DNA from: a virus
Lineage: Duplodnaviria; Caudoviricetes
Direction: 5' to 3' (one strand)
Virus record (IMG/VR): IMGVR_UViG_2124908035_000001
Span: 1-55,349 of that record
DNA length: 55,349 nucleotides
In this document: positions 27,169-35,849 of the stretch, piece by piece
Layout: each line of letters begins with the position of its first letter
Position numbering within the stretch: the first letter of the stretch is position 1
Notes under the pieces: generated by a model
Databases searched by the model: none
What the model was told of the DNA's origin: nothing
The model's input: only the letters and a program-made list of their open reading frames with translations
Program-made: the position numbers and the translations under genes

Positions 27169-27348
27169 ATGAACTGCTACGCCTGGAACATCCCGGAAGG
27201 CTGTTACGCCAGCGCCCTTGACGCCGGGTCCGGATGCCCGTCTCCTACGTGGTTCTGGATTGCGCTTGCGGTGGCCAGCGGGCTTCTGATTCTGGGGAGC
27301 GGGACGAAACGGAAAGCCAAGAGGACGGTTCGAGCGAAACGAAAGTAG
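27169..27348 (+). CDS. 59-aa TM protein with basic tail (not in ORF track)
   Basis: Translated by hand: MNCYAWN...WFWIALAVASGLLILGSGTKRKAKRTVRAKRK. Confidence 0.65.
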   Translation: MNCYAWNIPEGCYASALDAGSGCPSPTWFWIALAVASGLLILGSGTKRKAKRTVRAKRK

Positions 27349-27666
27349 ATGGCGACCAGATCCCAACACGCGATGAAGCGCCGCTCAGATCCAGTGGGCA
27401 GACTCGACATCTGCGCCATCCGGCTTCTAGAGGTTGCGGTCGAAACCTATGGTGACCTCCCAATCCGCGGGCTCTATGGGACCTTCAAGCCGGAGATAGA
27501 TCGGTCCATTAAGCGGACCTTGGGACATGTGCGGATCTACGTACCACAGGCTCAGATACAGGCATCCGTACCCGTCGCGAAGCCAAAGACGAGCCCCGTC
27601 TCAAGCGATGCAATCACATTAAGACCAGGCCCAGACGGAGTGTACGAGGTGAACGATGCACAGTAA
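27349..27666 (+). CDS. Hypothetical protein
   Basis: Abuts both neighbours in the operon. Confidence 0.55.
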   Translation: MATRSQHAMKRRSDPVGRLDICAIRLLEVAVETYGDLPIRGLYGTFKPEIDRSIKRTLGHVRIYVPQAQIQASVPVAKPKTSPVSSDAITLRPGPDGVYEVNDAQ

Positions 27667-28138
27667 CCCCCGTTTGGTTGGTGGTCTCGGGCTCTACCCC
27701 ACCGATAAGTGCTACGACACCAACCGTCCTAGCTGGTTGCCTTATTGGCTCTCAAGCTACACCGAGGAAGATTGCGTTATCAACGGCTGGTTTGGCCCGC
27801 TCGCTCCGTACCCAGGGGTGGACTACACAGCAACCCCGGCGCTGCCCGCTCCACCTACAGTGGGTGTTCCAGCTATCGGAACAAACCCATCGGCCACGGG
27901 TGGATCGAATGTCACACCAGAACAAGCCCAGGCCATTCAAGACAAATTGATTGCGGACGAATCGGATTCATGGAAGGCCCAAGCTCAAAAGTTCTTTACG
28001 GACTTGGCCGCCAAGACCGATGGGTGTTCCTGGTACCAGACCAAAGGAGCAGATGGCGCATGTACGACGGGTAGCACCCTGTTGTGGGTTGCAGTCATTG
28101 GAGGAGCAGCCGCGGCGCTGTTCTACATGAAGAAATGA
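27656..28138 (+). CDS. Tail-anchored protein
   Basis: GGLG leader; LLWVAVIGGAAAALFYMKK tail. Confidence 0.75.
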   Translation: MHSNPRLVGGLGLYPTDKCYDTNRPSWLPYWLSSYTEEDCVINGWFGPLAPYPGVDYTATPALPAPPTVGVPAIGTNPSATGGSNVTPEQAQAIQDKLIADESDSWKAQAQKFFTDLAAKTDGCSWYQTKGADGACTTGSTLLWVAVIGGAAAALFYMKK

Positions 28139-28413
28139 TGCTGCAAAATCTCATGGGACTTGGCGGATGCACCGAGTACGATGCCAACAGCGTCTGCGTG
28201 GCGTTCGACCCGACGACGCCCGGAGACAACTTAACGCCGACTCCTAAGCCCCCCGTGTCCGGTACTCCAGTTGTGCCACTGACCATCTGCCCTTGGTACA
28301 CCACGCCAGGGTTCAGTGCGACCAATCTGACATGCGATTTTCCGTCAACCAGCGTTCTGGTACTGGGAGGCGCGGCGATTCTCGGCTTGGTGTTCTTTTC
28401 GATGAGGGACTGA
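28135..28413 (+). CDS. Tail-anchored protein
   Basis: LMGLGG leader; C-terminal TM. Confidence 0.7.
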   Translation: MMLQNLMGLGGCTEYDANSVCVAFDPTTPGDNLTPTPKPPVSGTPVVPLTICPWYTTPGFSATNLTCDFPSTSVLVLGGAAILGLVFFSMRD

Positions 28414-28415
28414 TT

Positions 28416-29006
28416 ATGATGCTCGGAAGATTACTACCGGCCCATTGGACTATCCCGGAGAATCCGCTAGCGCCCCGCTCGATCCTGCAAGCACAAGGAA
28501 TCGGCGCCATCGTGGACGGCATCTATTATGCTCCCGACAACGGCGTGGTAGCTGAGATTCTAGCCAAGCGAAAGGCCGCCGAGTACCTGACCACAAATCC
28601 CAACGGACCGGTTGGTCTCTCCTGTGGCCCGTCGTCGCCTATTTCCCAGTGCCCATGTCACGTTGGCCTATGTGGCGGCGTCGGAATCCTCGACTGCGGG
28701 GCTACCAACCTGCCGTGCCCGTGCGAAGGCGGCGGGGGTTCCTGTGGTGGCAGCACTGTTACCGGGCTACATGGTCTTGGCGATCTCAATGGGACCTTGG
28801 ACGACATCCTAGGCTCCGTCACCAGTTCGATGGGAGATTGGAAGACGTGGGCCATAGTCGCGGCGGGAGTGGGCGCGCTTGTGCTGTTCACGGGAGGTGG
28901 AGGTTCACAGCGCAAAGCCGAACTGGCCGCAGCTCGCGCCCAGTACAAATCGAAGGTGGCCACCATTCGCGCTTCCCGGCCCCGGAGGTATCAGAAATAT
29001 GTTTGA
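28416..29006 (+). CDS. Cys-rich membrane virion protein
   Basis: WTIPENPL motif; GLHGLG; TM followed by basic tail. Confidence 0.7.
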   Translation: MMLGRLLPAHWTIPENPLAPRSILQAQGIGAIVDGIYYAPDNGVVAEILAKRKAAEYLTTNPNGPVGLSCGPSSPISQCPCHVGLCGGVGILDCGATNLPCPCEGGGGSCGGSTVTGLHGLGDLNGTLDDILGSVTSSMGDWKTWAIVAAGVGALVLFTGGGGSQRKAELAAARAQYKSKVATIRASRPRRYQKYV

Positions 29007-29205
29007 CTTCTCCCCAGAAGAGGGCGTCCGTCAGCCGCTTGCAATCCCCATCCCGTTTTTACGGGGAACCGTTGGTTCGGGTGATTTAGTCAAGCACCTG
29101 ACGGATGCCCTCCACATCCCGCAATGCGGAGGATGCAAGGAAAGGCAAGACGCGATGAACGGAGCGGTTGAGTTCCGGCCATTGAGATCGCTATGGGAGG
29201 ACTGA
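28999..29205 (+). CDS. Small CGGC-motif protein
   Basis: G.GDLVK.LT..L.I..CGGCKERQ..MN. Confidence 0.65.
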   Translation: MFDFSPEEGVRQPLAIPIPFLRGTVGSGDLVKHLTDALHIPQCGGCKERQDAMNGAVEFRPLRSLWED

Positions 29206-29209
29206 TTTT

Positions 29210-29476
29210 ATGGTGATAGACCCCCGAGATTTCAGTATCGGACCTTGGTTGGAAATGCCACCCCCGGGCACCGATACAGTAAGGGACACGTCCGTAGCTG
29301 CCAACATAGCCACTGAAGCGGGTACCAGTATAGCAACTGGCACAGTTACCAGTGCGGCGACTGGTTCTCCTCTTGCAAGCGCGTCCGTAGAGCCCACGGT
29401 AGCGGTGTCCACCAACTGGATTTTGATTGCTGCTGTTGCGGCCGCCGCCTATTTTCTATTTAAGGGCGGGAAATGA
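29210..29476 (+). CDS. Tail-anchored protein
   Basis: WILIAAVAAAAYFLFKGGK tail. Confidence 0.7.
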   Translation: MVIDPRDFSIGPWLEMPPPGTDTVRDTSVAANIATEAGTSIATGTVTSAATGSPLASASVEPTVAVSTNWILIAAVAAAAYFLFKGGK

Positions 29477-29494
29477 TAGTGGGAGGATTGACCG

Positions 29495-29698
29495 ATGACG
29501 GTAGACGCAGTATGGGACAGATACGGTCGAGACGGTTGGAAATACCGCATCCCCGGTGTACAAGGATTTCTCACTCCCATGAGAAAGTCCACGAGCATTG
29601 TGAGTTCCGACGCAGCGTTGGTTCGAGAAGCGCAGACGGTCGCATTCGCCGCGGGAGTGAAACTCCCCCAGAACTGGAACTTGACGATTAGACGGTAG
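29495..29698 (+). CDS. Hypothetical protein
   Basis: GGAGG RBS. Confidence 0.5.
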   Translation: MTVDAVWDRYGRDGWKYRIPGVQGFLTPMRKSTSIVSSDAALVREAQTVAFAAGVKLPQNWNLTIRR

Positions 29699-29710
29699 TT
29701 TCGATTCGAA

Positions 29711-30562
29711 ATGGCAAAGCGTATCACAATACGACAGTCGGCGAACCGAAAGCGGAAGAACGCCCAAGGTCCGACCTACGCTCAGGCCATGAGCCAGGCC
29801 CGAGCCGCCGGCGCGCGCATCGGGGACACGTCAGGATTCGAGCCATGGTTGGTCCGAGCCAAACTCAGCACCCGTGGTCCGCTTGTGCGTTCGAAGCTCA
29901 AGCAAGCCTTCTGGACCGGAGTAGAAACCGGCGAGGCACCCGAAGAGAAGGCGAGCTCTGGAAAGACCCTCACCTTCCACGGCATCAAGGTTTGGAAAGA
30001 CGCGCAAGGTTGGCGATCCAGTTCTGATCCCGACAGCGTATTCGACAGTCTGCCAGACGCGAAGCGGTTTGTCGAAGCGCAGGCGAAGAATCCCAACGTC
30101 ACCGACCGCGCCCTCCGGTACCGTGCGAATTCTCCCGACCGCCGGCCGGAAGGCCCGAGAATCTGCACCTTCTGCAACTCGAAAGAGAACGTCGAAGTCG
30201 GACACCTGGACGGTCACGAAGAGAACGACAACCCGCAGAACCTCGTATGGAATTGCCGGTCCTGTAATACCCGGCTAGGCCACATCTTCAAAGCGCTTGG
30301 GATCGGGAGACGGACACGGCAGTACAACCCGGAAACCCAAGGCGCTCAGAGTTATGAGCAGTGGGCTACGGCGCTCGACGCGCTCAAGGGCGGAAACCTG
30401 TTCATGTCGGTAGCCGCCGCAGTGGACATTATTCATGCGACCTCTCCCGAGGACCGGAGCTACTACCAGCGGCAAATCTGGCGCATCCGCAAACAGAAAT
30501 ACGGAGAAGGCGGAACGTACAAGTCGATGCACCGCAACCCGAACGGAGGACAGGCCGCATGA
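29711..30562 (+). CDS. NP-segmented protein containing an HNH-like module
   Basis: KNP...CTFC..VGHLDG.EENDNPQNLVWNCRSCN...YNP...RNP. Confidence 0.8.
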   Translation: MAKRITIRQSANRKRKNAQGPTYAQAMSQARAAGARIGDTSGFEPWLVRAKLSTRGPLVRSKLKQAFWTGVETGEAPEEKASSGKTLTFHGIKVWKDAQGWRSSSDPDSVFDSLPDAKRFVEAQAKNPNVTDRALRYRANSPDRRPEGPRICTFCNSKENVEVGHLDGHEENDNPQNLVWNCRSCNTRLGHIFKALGIGRRTRQYNPETQGAQSYEQWATALDALKGGNLFMSVAAAVDIIHATSPEDRSYYQRQIWRIRKQKYGEGGTYKSMHRNPNGGQAA

Positions 30563-32565
30563 AGAAACGAGCCACGACAAGGAAAAGCGAATCCCTTACC
30601 AAGATGGGGTCGCCGATGGCCCGTGTTGCCTATGTCGCCTCTCCGTTGGGCCAGGTCGAAAGCCTGATCGGAGCGATGGCCAATCCCGAATCGGGAATCA
30701 AGTTTGTACTGGGGATTGCCAAGCGAGCCGGACAGAAAGTCTCCGAGGTTCAGTCGGTCCTGTTCGACCGGATGAAGTGGACAGTGGATGGCGCTAAGGA
30801 TTGGCTCCACGAGCACGGCTTCACGAGCAGCGGAAAAGACGAAGGCGCGACCTTCTGGAGGTTCCGGCAGAGCAGTCCAGGAAAGTACAAGGAGTTCCGC
30901 ACGGTGGTACCGGGGACGCGAAATCCGCGCTATGAGCACCCGGCCCCCAAGCGCGATTGGAAGTCCGAAGTCTTGGAATGGAAGATTGGCCCCTACAGCG
31001 ACTTTGACTCTGCCTATCCGAGAGCCGAGAAGTTCAAGCGTGAAGGCCATCGTATCCGCCACATTGAACCCGAATATGGCGCCCACACCGGCAATGAGCG
31101 GCAGTGGTGGATTCGGGGCACCAGTCAGGGAGAGATACCCGAGGGCGCTATTCCCGTGCGGCCCGGATTTGAAAATCCCGACTACGCCGGCCAGTGGACC
31201 AACCACGAAGATGCCAAGCCGCCCTTCTACGTCCAGGTCAAGGACAAGGGCCGTTGGTGCCCGATGTACGGCGGAGAAGGCATCTACGCCGATGCAAGGG
31301 AAGCCAGCCGGGCCATGGTCAACCACGCCAACGAGTACAGCGGCAAGTTCGCATGGCGGGCGCTGGACGGGGACGGCAGAGTGTTTGACGAGTTAAGGGC
31401 GAGAGCAGAACGAGAAGCCAATTCTGAGAACCCCGCACTTCAACAGGTCCAGGGACGAGATTGGATTCAGGAAACCTATGAGTCTGCTTCCACCGAAGCC
31501 CGCGGCCGCGGGTCACAGTTGCGGAAGTTGGGGTACCGGGTGAACGTGTCCAGTATGGGAATGCAAGTTACCCCGCTTGGATTATTGAAGCTGACGATGG
31601 TTGACGTTCGGCCAGGCGAAAGCGGAGACGTTTACCTTGAGCGCGTTCCACCTCCTACAGGCGGCATCGTTCGCATGAACCCGGACATCACGCATCATCC
31701 GCCATCGAATCACACGGCCGTCTACTTCGAAGGGAAACATTGGGGAGATGTGTCCGACAGAGAATGGCCCGAAGTGAAGAAGGCCCTCGTGCGGCAAGGC
31801 TGGAAGCAGAACGGTTTCAAGATCCACGCCGGCGGAATGGGGATGAGCGTTAACTACGTCCCGAAGCGCGGGAAGCACCCGGCCGTACCAAATCCCCGCC
31901 CAATCGTCGTGGTTCACATCGGTACCGGCGTAAAAGTTGGAGACTTCGACACCAGAGAAGAAGCCCAACGATGGATTGATAATCTCGGAGTCACCCCATC
32001 CTACAAGGAGCAGTCATACCGCATCAAGACCGCTCAGGAGTGGTGGGCTAGTCACCCTTCAAACCGTGGCCTTTGCAATCCCGAATCTGCCGCCGCAGAC
32101 TTGTACGAAGAGTTCCACGGCCAGGCCCCAGGTGAAACGCTTGCAATCGTGACTGAGCGGAAAGAGCACGAATGGCTCACCCAACTCGGAACGCTTGTCG
32201 AACTGAAGGTCGAAACTCTGACCAAGCTCGACGCCATGCTCAGGTTCAGTAAGGAAGCCCCGGAGCTTTGCTCATCGGAAGACGGCCGGCAACTCTACAT
32301 CGAAGGTGGAGACCAGGCGCTCGACTTGAAGGCCCTGAAGATGGACAGCGACAAGTGGGTGAAAGACTCCATGACAATTGGAGTCTTGGTTGAATTAACT
32401 TATCGGACAAAGAAAGGCTTTCACCGATTTAAGACTACAGACTATTTTCATAAACTCGGAGAGGAGAGCGGCATTCAACCGTATCTGCTCTACGATTCCA
32501 GGAACAAACTCCTGAGCATTTCAGGAGGAGCATACCGTGTCGAAGAACCAGGGATCATTGACTAA
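30559..32565 (+). CDS. 668-aa NP-segmented putative polyprotein (8 modules)
   Basis: NP at residues ~42, 122, 206, 291, 374, 445 and 507; ATGA overlap with the upstream gene. Confidence 0.85.
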   Translation: MKKRATTRKSESLTKMGSPMARVAYVASPLGQVESLIGAMANPESGIKFVLGIAKRAGQKVSEVQSVLFDRMKWTVDGAKDWLHEHGFTSSGKDEGATFWRFRQSSPGKYKEFRTVVPGTRNPRYEHPAPKRDWKSEVLEWKIGPYSDFDSAYPRAEKFKREGHRIRHIEPEYGAHTGNERQWWIRGTSQGEIPEGAIPVRPGFENPDYAGQWTNHEDAKPPFYVQVKDKGRWCPMYGGEGIYADAREASRAMVNHANEYSGKFAWRALDGDGRVFDELRARAEREANSENPALQQVQGRDWIQETYESASTEARGRGSQLRKLGYRVNVSSMGMQVTPLGLLKLTMVDVRPGESGDVYLERVPPPTGGIVRMNPDITHHPPSNHTAVYFEGKHWGDVSDREWPEVKKALVRQGWKQNGFKIHAGGMGMSVNYVPKRGKHPAVPNPRPIVVVHIGTGVKVGDFDTREEAQRWIDNLGVTPSYKEQSYRIKTAQEWWASHPSNRGLCNPESAAADLYEEFHGQAPGETLAIVTERKEHEWLTQLGTLVELKVETLTKLDAMLRFSKEAPELCSSEDGRQLYIEGGDQALDLKALKMDSDKWVKDSMTIGVLVELTYRTKKGFHRFKTTDYFHKLGEESGIQPYLLYDSRNKLLSISGGAYRVEEPGIID

Positions 32566-33310
32566 TATCATGATAATGACGCTTCGCTGCTTCCCGATAC
32601 TTCTCCGGGTTGCTCCAGTACTTTCGCCTCGCGTAGCTTCGAAGGCATGTTCGGCATTGTTCTGTGCCCTTCTTTCTTCGTACTGTGTTCTCTTCAGTTC
32701 TTTCGTGGCCGCAACCCCAATGGGTTTCTGTAGTTCCATGAGCATACTGCACGTTCCGCCGGTGAGTGACAGCTTCAAGATGCTCCGGGTTAACACAGGC
32801 CCTGTTTTTACACAGATGGTTGATTTCCAGATCCGGATGAATAGGCCCATGGTGAATTTCGTAGGAGACGCAATGGGCAGGTCTACACTTGTCGCCAAAC
32901 ATGATTCGGCCATATCCGCCATGATCTCTGTACCCGGTGAACAGCCAACAGCCTTGATCAGTTTTTTCAATCCTTGTGTAAAGCCGTGTGCTCGCAGGCA
33001 AGCGTTGCCGAGAGGCTTGAAAAAACTTAGCACAACTTCGGCAGCAGAAGGTTCTATTAAGGCAGCGCTGGACTTCGAAAGGTTGCTTGCAATGTGGGCA
33101 GGTTTTTGTAACGTAGACTCGCTCTCTAGGTTTCATGTTGCGATACAAGAGAGAGCATCTTTTCGAACAGTAGATCCTGTGTTTACGATTTGTGGTAAAC
33201 GAAATCGAGCACCGAAGGCAGGTCTTGTCGTACATGGTCACCTCCGTGTGACGCCCGAGTTTTCTAAGGGGGAAGCCGGCCTCGGAGTAGCCGGGGTTCG
33301 GGCGGGTCAT
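32555..33310 (-). CDS. Free-standing HNH homing endonuclease with Zn fingers (start possibly at MYDKTC)
   Basis: CWLFTG...GYG...AHCVSY..HHG......HLCKNRACVNPEHLE. Confidence 0.88.
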   Translation of the reverse strand: MTRPNPGYSEAGFPLRKLGRHTEVTMYDKTCLRCSISFTTNRKHRIYCSKRCSLLYRNMKPRERVYVTKTCPHCKQPFEVQRCLNRTFCCRSCAKFFQASRQRLPASTRLYTRIEKTDQGCWLFTGYRDHGGYGRIMFGDKCRPAHCVSYEIHHGPIHPDLEINHLCKNRACVNPEHLEAVTHRRNVQYAHGTTETHWGCGHERTEENTVRRKKGTEQCRTCLRSYARRKYWSNPEKYREAAKRHYHDISQ

Positions 33311-33391
33311 GACTCCCGTGGCCTATCCCCAATTGCAGTATACGCCTTTTCCAGTTGAAAGGCACGATCTTTGCAGTGAAGTCCTGATAAG

Positions 33392-33504
33392 CCTCCGGTC
33401 TAGCTAACCGGAGGTTGGAAGCCGAAAGCACCTTTCGAAAGGGGGTCGCTGGGGCGGAGTCACATCCGTCTCGGTGGCCCCCTTTTGCTTTCGGTTCGAA
33501 AGGT
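33392..33504 (+). promoter_or_regulatory. Structured leader upstream of the core virion genes
   Basis: Hairpin cctccggt/accggagg plus long stem ccgaaagca..aaaggggg / cccctttt..gctttcgg. Confidence 0.5.
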
Positions 33505-33562
33505 TTCCCCCGGACCATCCGGGTGAATGACACCCCTGGAAGCAGGGGGAAGGAGAGTACGA

Positions 33563-34402
33563 ATGGCAGTCGTCACGAAAGTAAAAAGGCTGGTGGCCAA
33601 TCCGCACCGGAGCCGTAAGAGGAAGAAGTCGAATCCCTCGGGCCACCGGCGCCGGATGACCGCCAAGCAAATCAAGTTCTTCGGCACGTCCCGACAAAGA
33701 GCAGCCTTGAAGCGGAAACGCCAACTGGCCGCCCCCGTCCCGCGCCGCAAGGTCCGCGCCAGCCGCCGGAAAGCTCCGAAACGGCAAACGCGGCGTATCA
33801 ACCCGGCCATCTTAGTCACGCTAGGGGCCGTCAATCCAGGAGGAAAAGTGGCAACAAAAAGACGCAAGAAGGCCCATCGGGCCTCGAATCCTCGCCGGCG
33901 GCGTCGCAACACGACTCGTGTCGTGGTATCGGCTCCTCGGCGTCGGAATGTTTCCCATCGCAGACGCAGGGCCCATAACCCTCGTCGGCACAGCAACCCG
34001 GCTTTCGGTCTCCGCGGCGCGGGGATGGCCAAGGCGGTTGTCGGCGGTCTCGCCGGCATGGCGGCAGCGAAGTTCCTGCCGACCCTGGTTCCGGCCGGCC
34101 TCATCACGGGCAACCTGATGCGGACGGTCGCTACCGCCGCTTCGGCATTCGCCGCTCAGATGGTGGCGAAGGCTGTCGTCAAGGACCAGTCGATCAGCGA
34201 TGCGGTTCTGTTCGGCGGCTTGATGCAGACCGGCTCGGTGGCGCTCAACGCCTTCTTGCCGAGCATCGCTTCGTCGCTCGGCCTCTCGGGCATCATGGAT
34301 GCCAATTGGAGCATCCCCGAGAACCCACTGCGGGCCATGCCGGCCCCCATGCCCACGGCCAAGCTGGGTGGACTCAGCACGGCCTACGGTCCCGCCTACT
34401 AA
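33563..34402 (+). CDS. Arg-rich NP-repeat protein with C-terminal hydrophobic helices (putative genome-condensing, membrane-tethered core protein)
   Basis: AAGGAG RBS; poly-Arg blocks separated by NP; Ala/Gly-rich hydrophobic C-terminal half. Confidence 0.85.
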   Translation: MAVVTKVKRLVANPHRSRKRKKSNPSGHRRRMTAKQIKFFGTSRQRAALKRKRQLAAPVPRRKVRASRRKAPKRQTRRINPAILVTLGAVNPGGKVATKRRKKAHRASNPRRRRRNTTRVVVSAPRRRNVSHRRRRAHNPRRHSNPAFGLRGAGMAKAVVGGLAGMAAAKFLPTLVPAGLITGNLMRTVATAASAFAAQMVAKAVVKDQSISDAVLFGGLMQTGSVALNAFLPSIASSLGLSGIMDANWSIPENPLRAMPAPMPTAKLGGLSTAYGPAY

Positions 34403-34543
34403 GCGGGATATAAGGATTGGGGCCGATCTGACCTGGGTGTCCAGGCTCCAGACGGCCCCCACTGAAACGGATCGAACGGGAGAGGTCGTAACAGATGGTT
34501 GATACGAGAGCCTATGCGGCCCCTTCCAATAAGGAAATGTGAC

Positions 34544-35194
34544 ATGCCGAAACTCGACTGGAGACAGCGGAGAAGTCTCGCCGCCATCCTTCCGCCCCAG
34601 GACCAGATGATTCTGGAGGCTTTCCAATCCGACGTGTACGTGCAGGGCAAAGTGGACGTTCAGAACGAACCCCTGTACGACACATTCAATCTGGCCATCG
34701 CCCAAGTCCCAACCGAAAACAACACGGCGCTGTTCACGGCCGTTGGACCGGCTTCGGGCAAGACCCTGGGTTCTACCAATCTGACCCAACCCCGCCGGCT
34801 CCCGGCGCCCGAGGCATTCTCGGTTTTGGGTATCCGGCTGTACTGGAATGAGGACATCCTCATTGCGGACCTGTTGCAGATTGTGGGCAACGCCGTCACG
34901 ACGCCCTACGCGTTCCAATTCTTCCTCGGCCAGAAGTGCTACAACCGTGGCCCGATCTGGTACTACGCGGCCGGCGGCGGGTTCTACAACACCAACGCCA
35001 ACGCGGCGGCTCTGGGGTTGTTTACCAACGGCATCCCGGACCGCAATTCGATGCACAAACTGGCCATCCCGTTGGTCATCGAAAACCAGGGCGAGTTCTA
35101 TGCCAATCTGACCGGCGGCCCCGCTGCCGCTCTGACCGGCACGTTCTCGCTGATGTGCCTTTTGGACGGCTTGCACGCCCGCGGCGTCCAGTAG
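34544..35194 (+). CDS. Putative major capsid protein (single jelly-roll-like; inferred)
   Basis: AAGGA RBS; PLYDT..LF...GKT...TNL....LP.P..F.V.GI; beta-rich; flanked by structured spacers. Confidence 0.6.
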   Translation: MPKLDWRQRRSLAAILPPQDQMILEAFQSDVYVQGKVDVQNEPLYDTFNLAIAQVPTENNTALFTAVGPASGKTLGSTNLTQPRRLPAPEAFSVLGIRLYWNEDILIADLLQIVGNAVTTPYAFQFFLGQKCYNRGPIWYYAAGGGFYNTNANAAALGLFTNGIPDRNSMHKLAIPLVIENQGEFYANLTGGPAAALTGTFSLMCLLDGLHARGVQ

Positions 35195-35200
35195 TCTCTC

Positions 35201-35336
35201 GGTTGCGCCCGTTCTCTAACCGGATAGCGGGCGCGGCCTTCCGATCACCCCGGCGGGTGGCAGGACCCGCCGGGTGTGGGGCCGGTTGAGAGATCGGGAA
35301 CTTTCTCCACTGGTTTCTCCCGGCCCCTGTTTTTAA
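35201..35336 (+). terminator. Multi-hairpin terminator or stabiliser after the putative capsid gene
   Basis: GC hairpins cccggcgggt/acccgccggg and ggggccgg/ccggcccc followed by tgttttt. Confidence 0.55.
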
Positions 35337-35382
35337 CAGAAAAGCCGCTTGCATGACCGGAGCGGTGAGAAAAGAGAGTGAT

Positions 35383-35823
35383 ATGAGCCTCAACCCATTT
35401 GCTACGCCAGTTCAGAACGGACTGACGCCGGAATTCCCGCTGGGCTACATCGATGTGGCGTTCGATTACGTCTACGATGTGAGCTTGACAGCGCTTCAGC
35501 AGCTCCGCGACCAGACGGTCCCGATCCACACCGACAGCGACTTTGTATTTCGCGCCATCGTCCTCAGCCAGGCCACGGGAGCTTTCTCGATTCGCTTCAA
35601 CGATTCGCAAGGCTACTACCTTTCGAGCGGCTTCCTGATGAGCGCCAATTTCCTGTCGGGCACCGTGCCGTTTCCGTTTCCGGTGTTCCCCGAACTGCTC
35701 TTCCCGGCCGGCGCCAGGATCGGCATCGAGATCAACGACCTTGCCAACGGGCAAGGAAACAATGTGATTCAGCTTCTCCTCCGAGGAGCCAAGCGGTATC
35801 GGTTGCCGGCGGCCAAGCGTTAG
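35383..35823 (+). CDS. Beta-rich capsid/penton-like protein
   Basis: FDYVYD..DFVFRAI..PELLFPAGARI.IE..LLLRGAKRY. Confidence 0.6.
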   Translation: MSLNPFATPVQNGLTPEFPLGYIDVAFDYVYDVSLTALQQLRDQTVPIHTDSDFVFRAIVLSQATGAFSIRFNDSQGYYLSSGFLMSANFLSGTVPFPFPVFPELLFPAGARIGIEINDLANGQGNNVIQLLLRGAKRYRLPAAKR

Positions 35824-35849
35824 TAGGCTGACAGAGAAAGGACGCTGCC

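Noticed and set aside
32537-33358. Open plus-strand frame across the antisense HNH gene, or a group I intron joining the flanking genes
   Set aside because: It is not in frame with the polyprotein, both flanking genes have their own stop or start, and I recognised no group I core motifs.
33821-35176. 451-aa minus-strand ORF
   Set aside because: Shadow across two well-supported plus-strand genes in GC-rich DNA.
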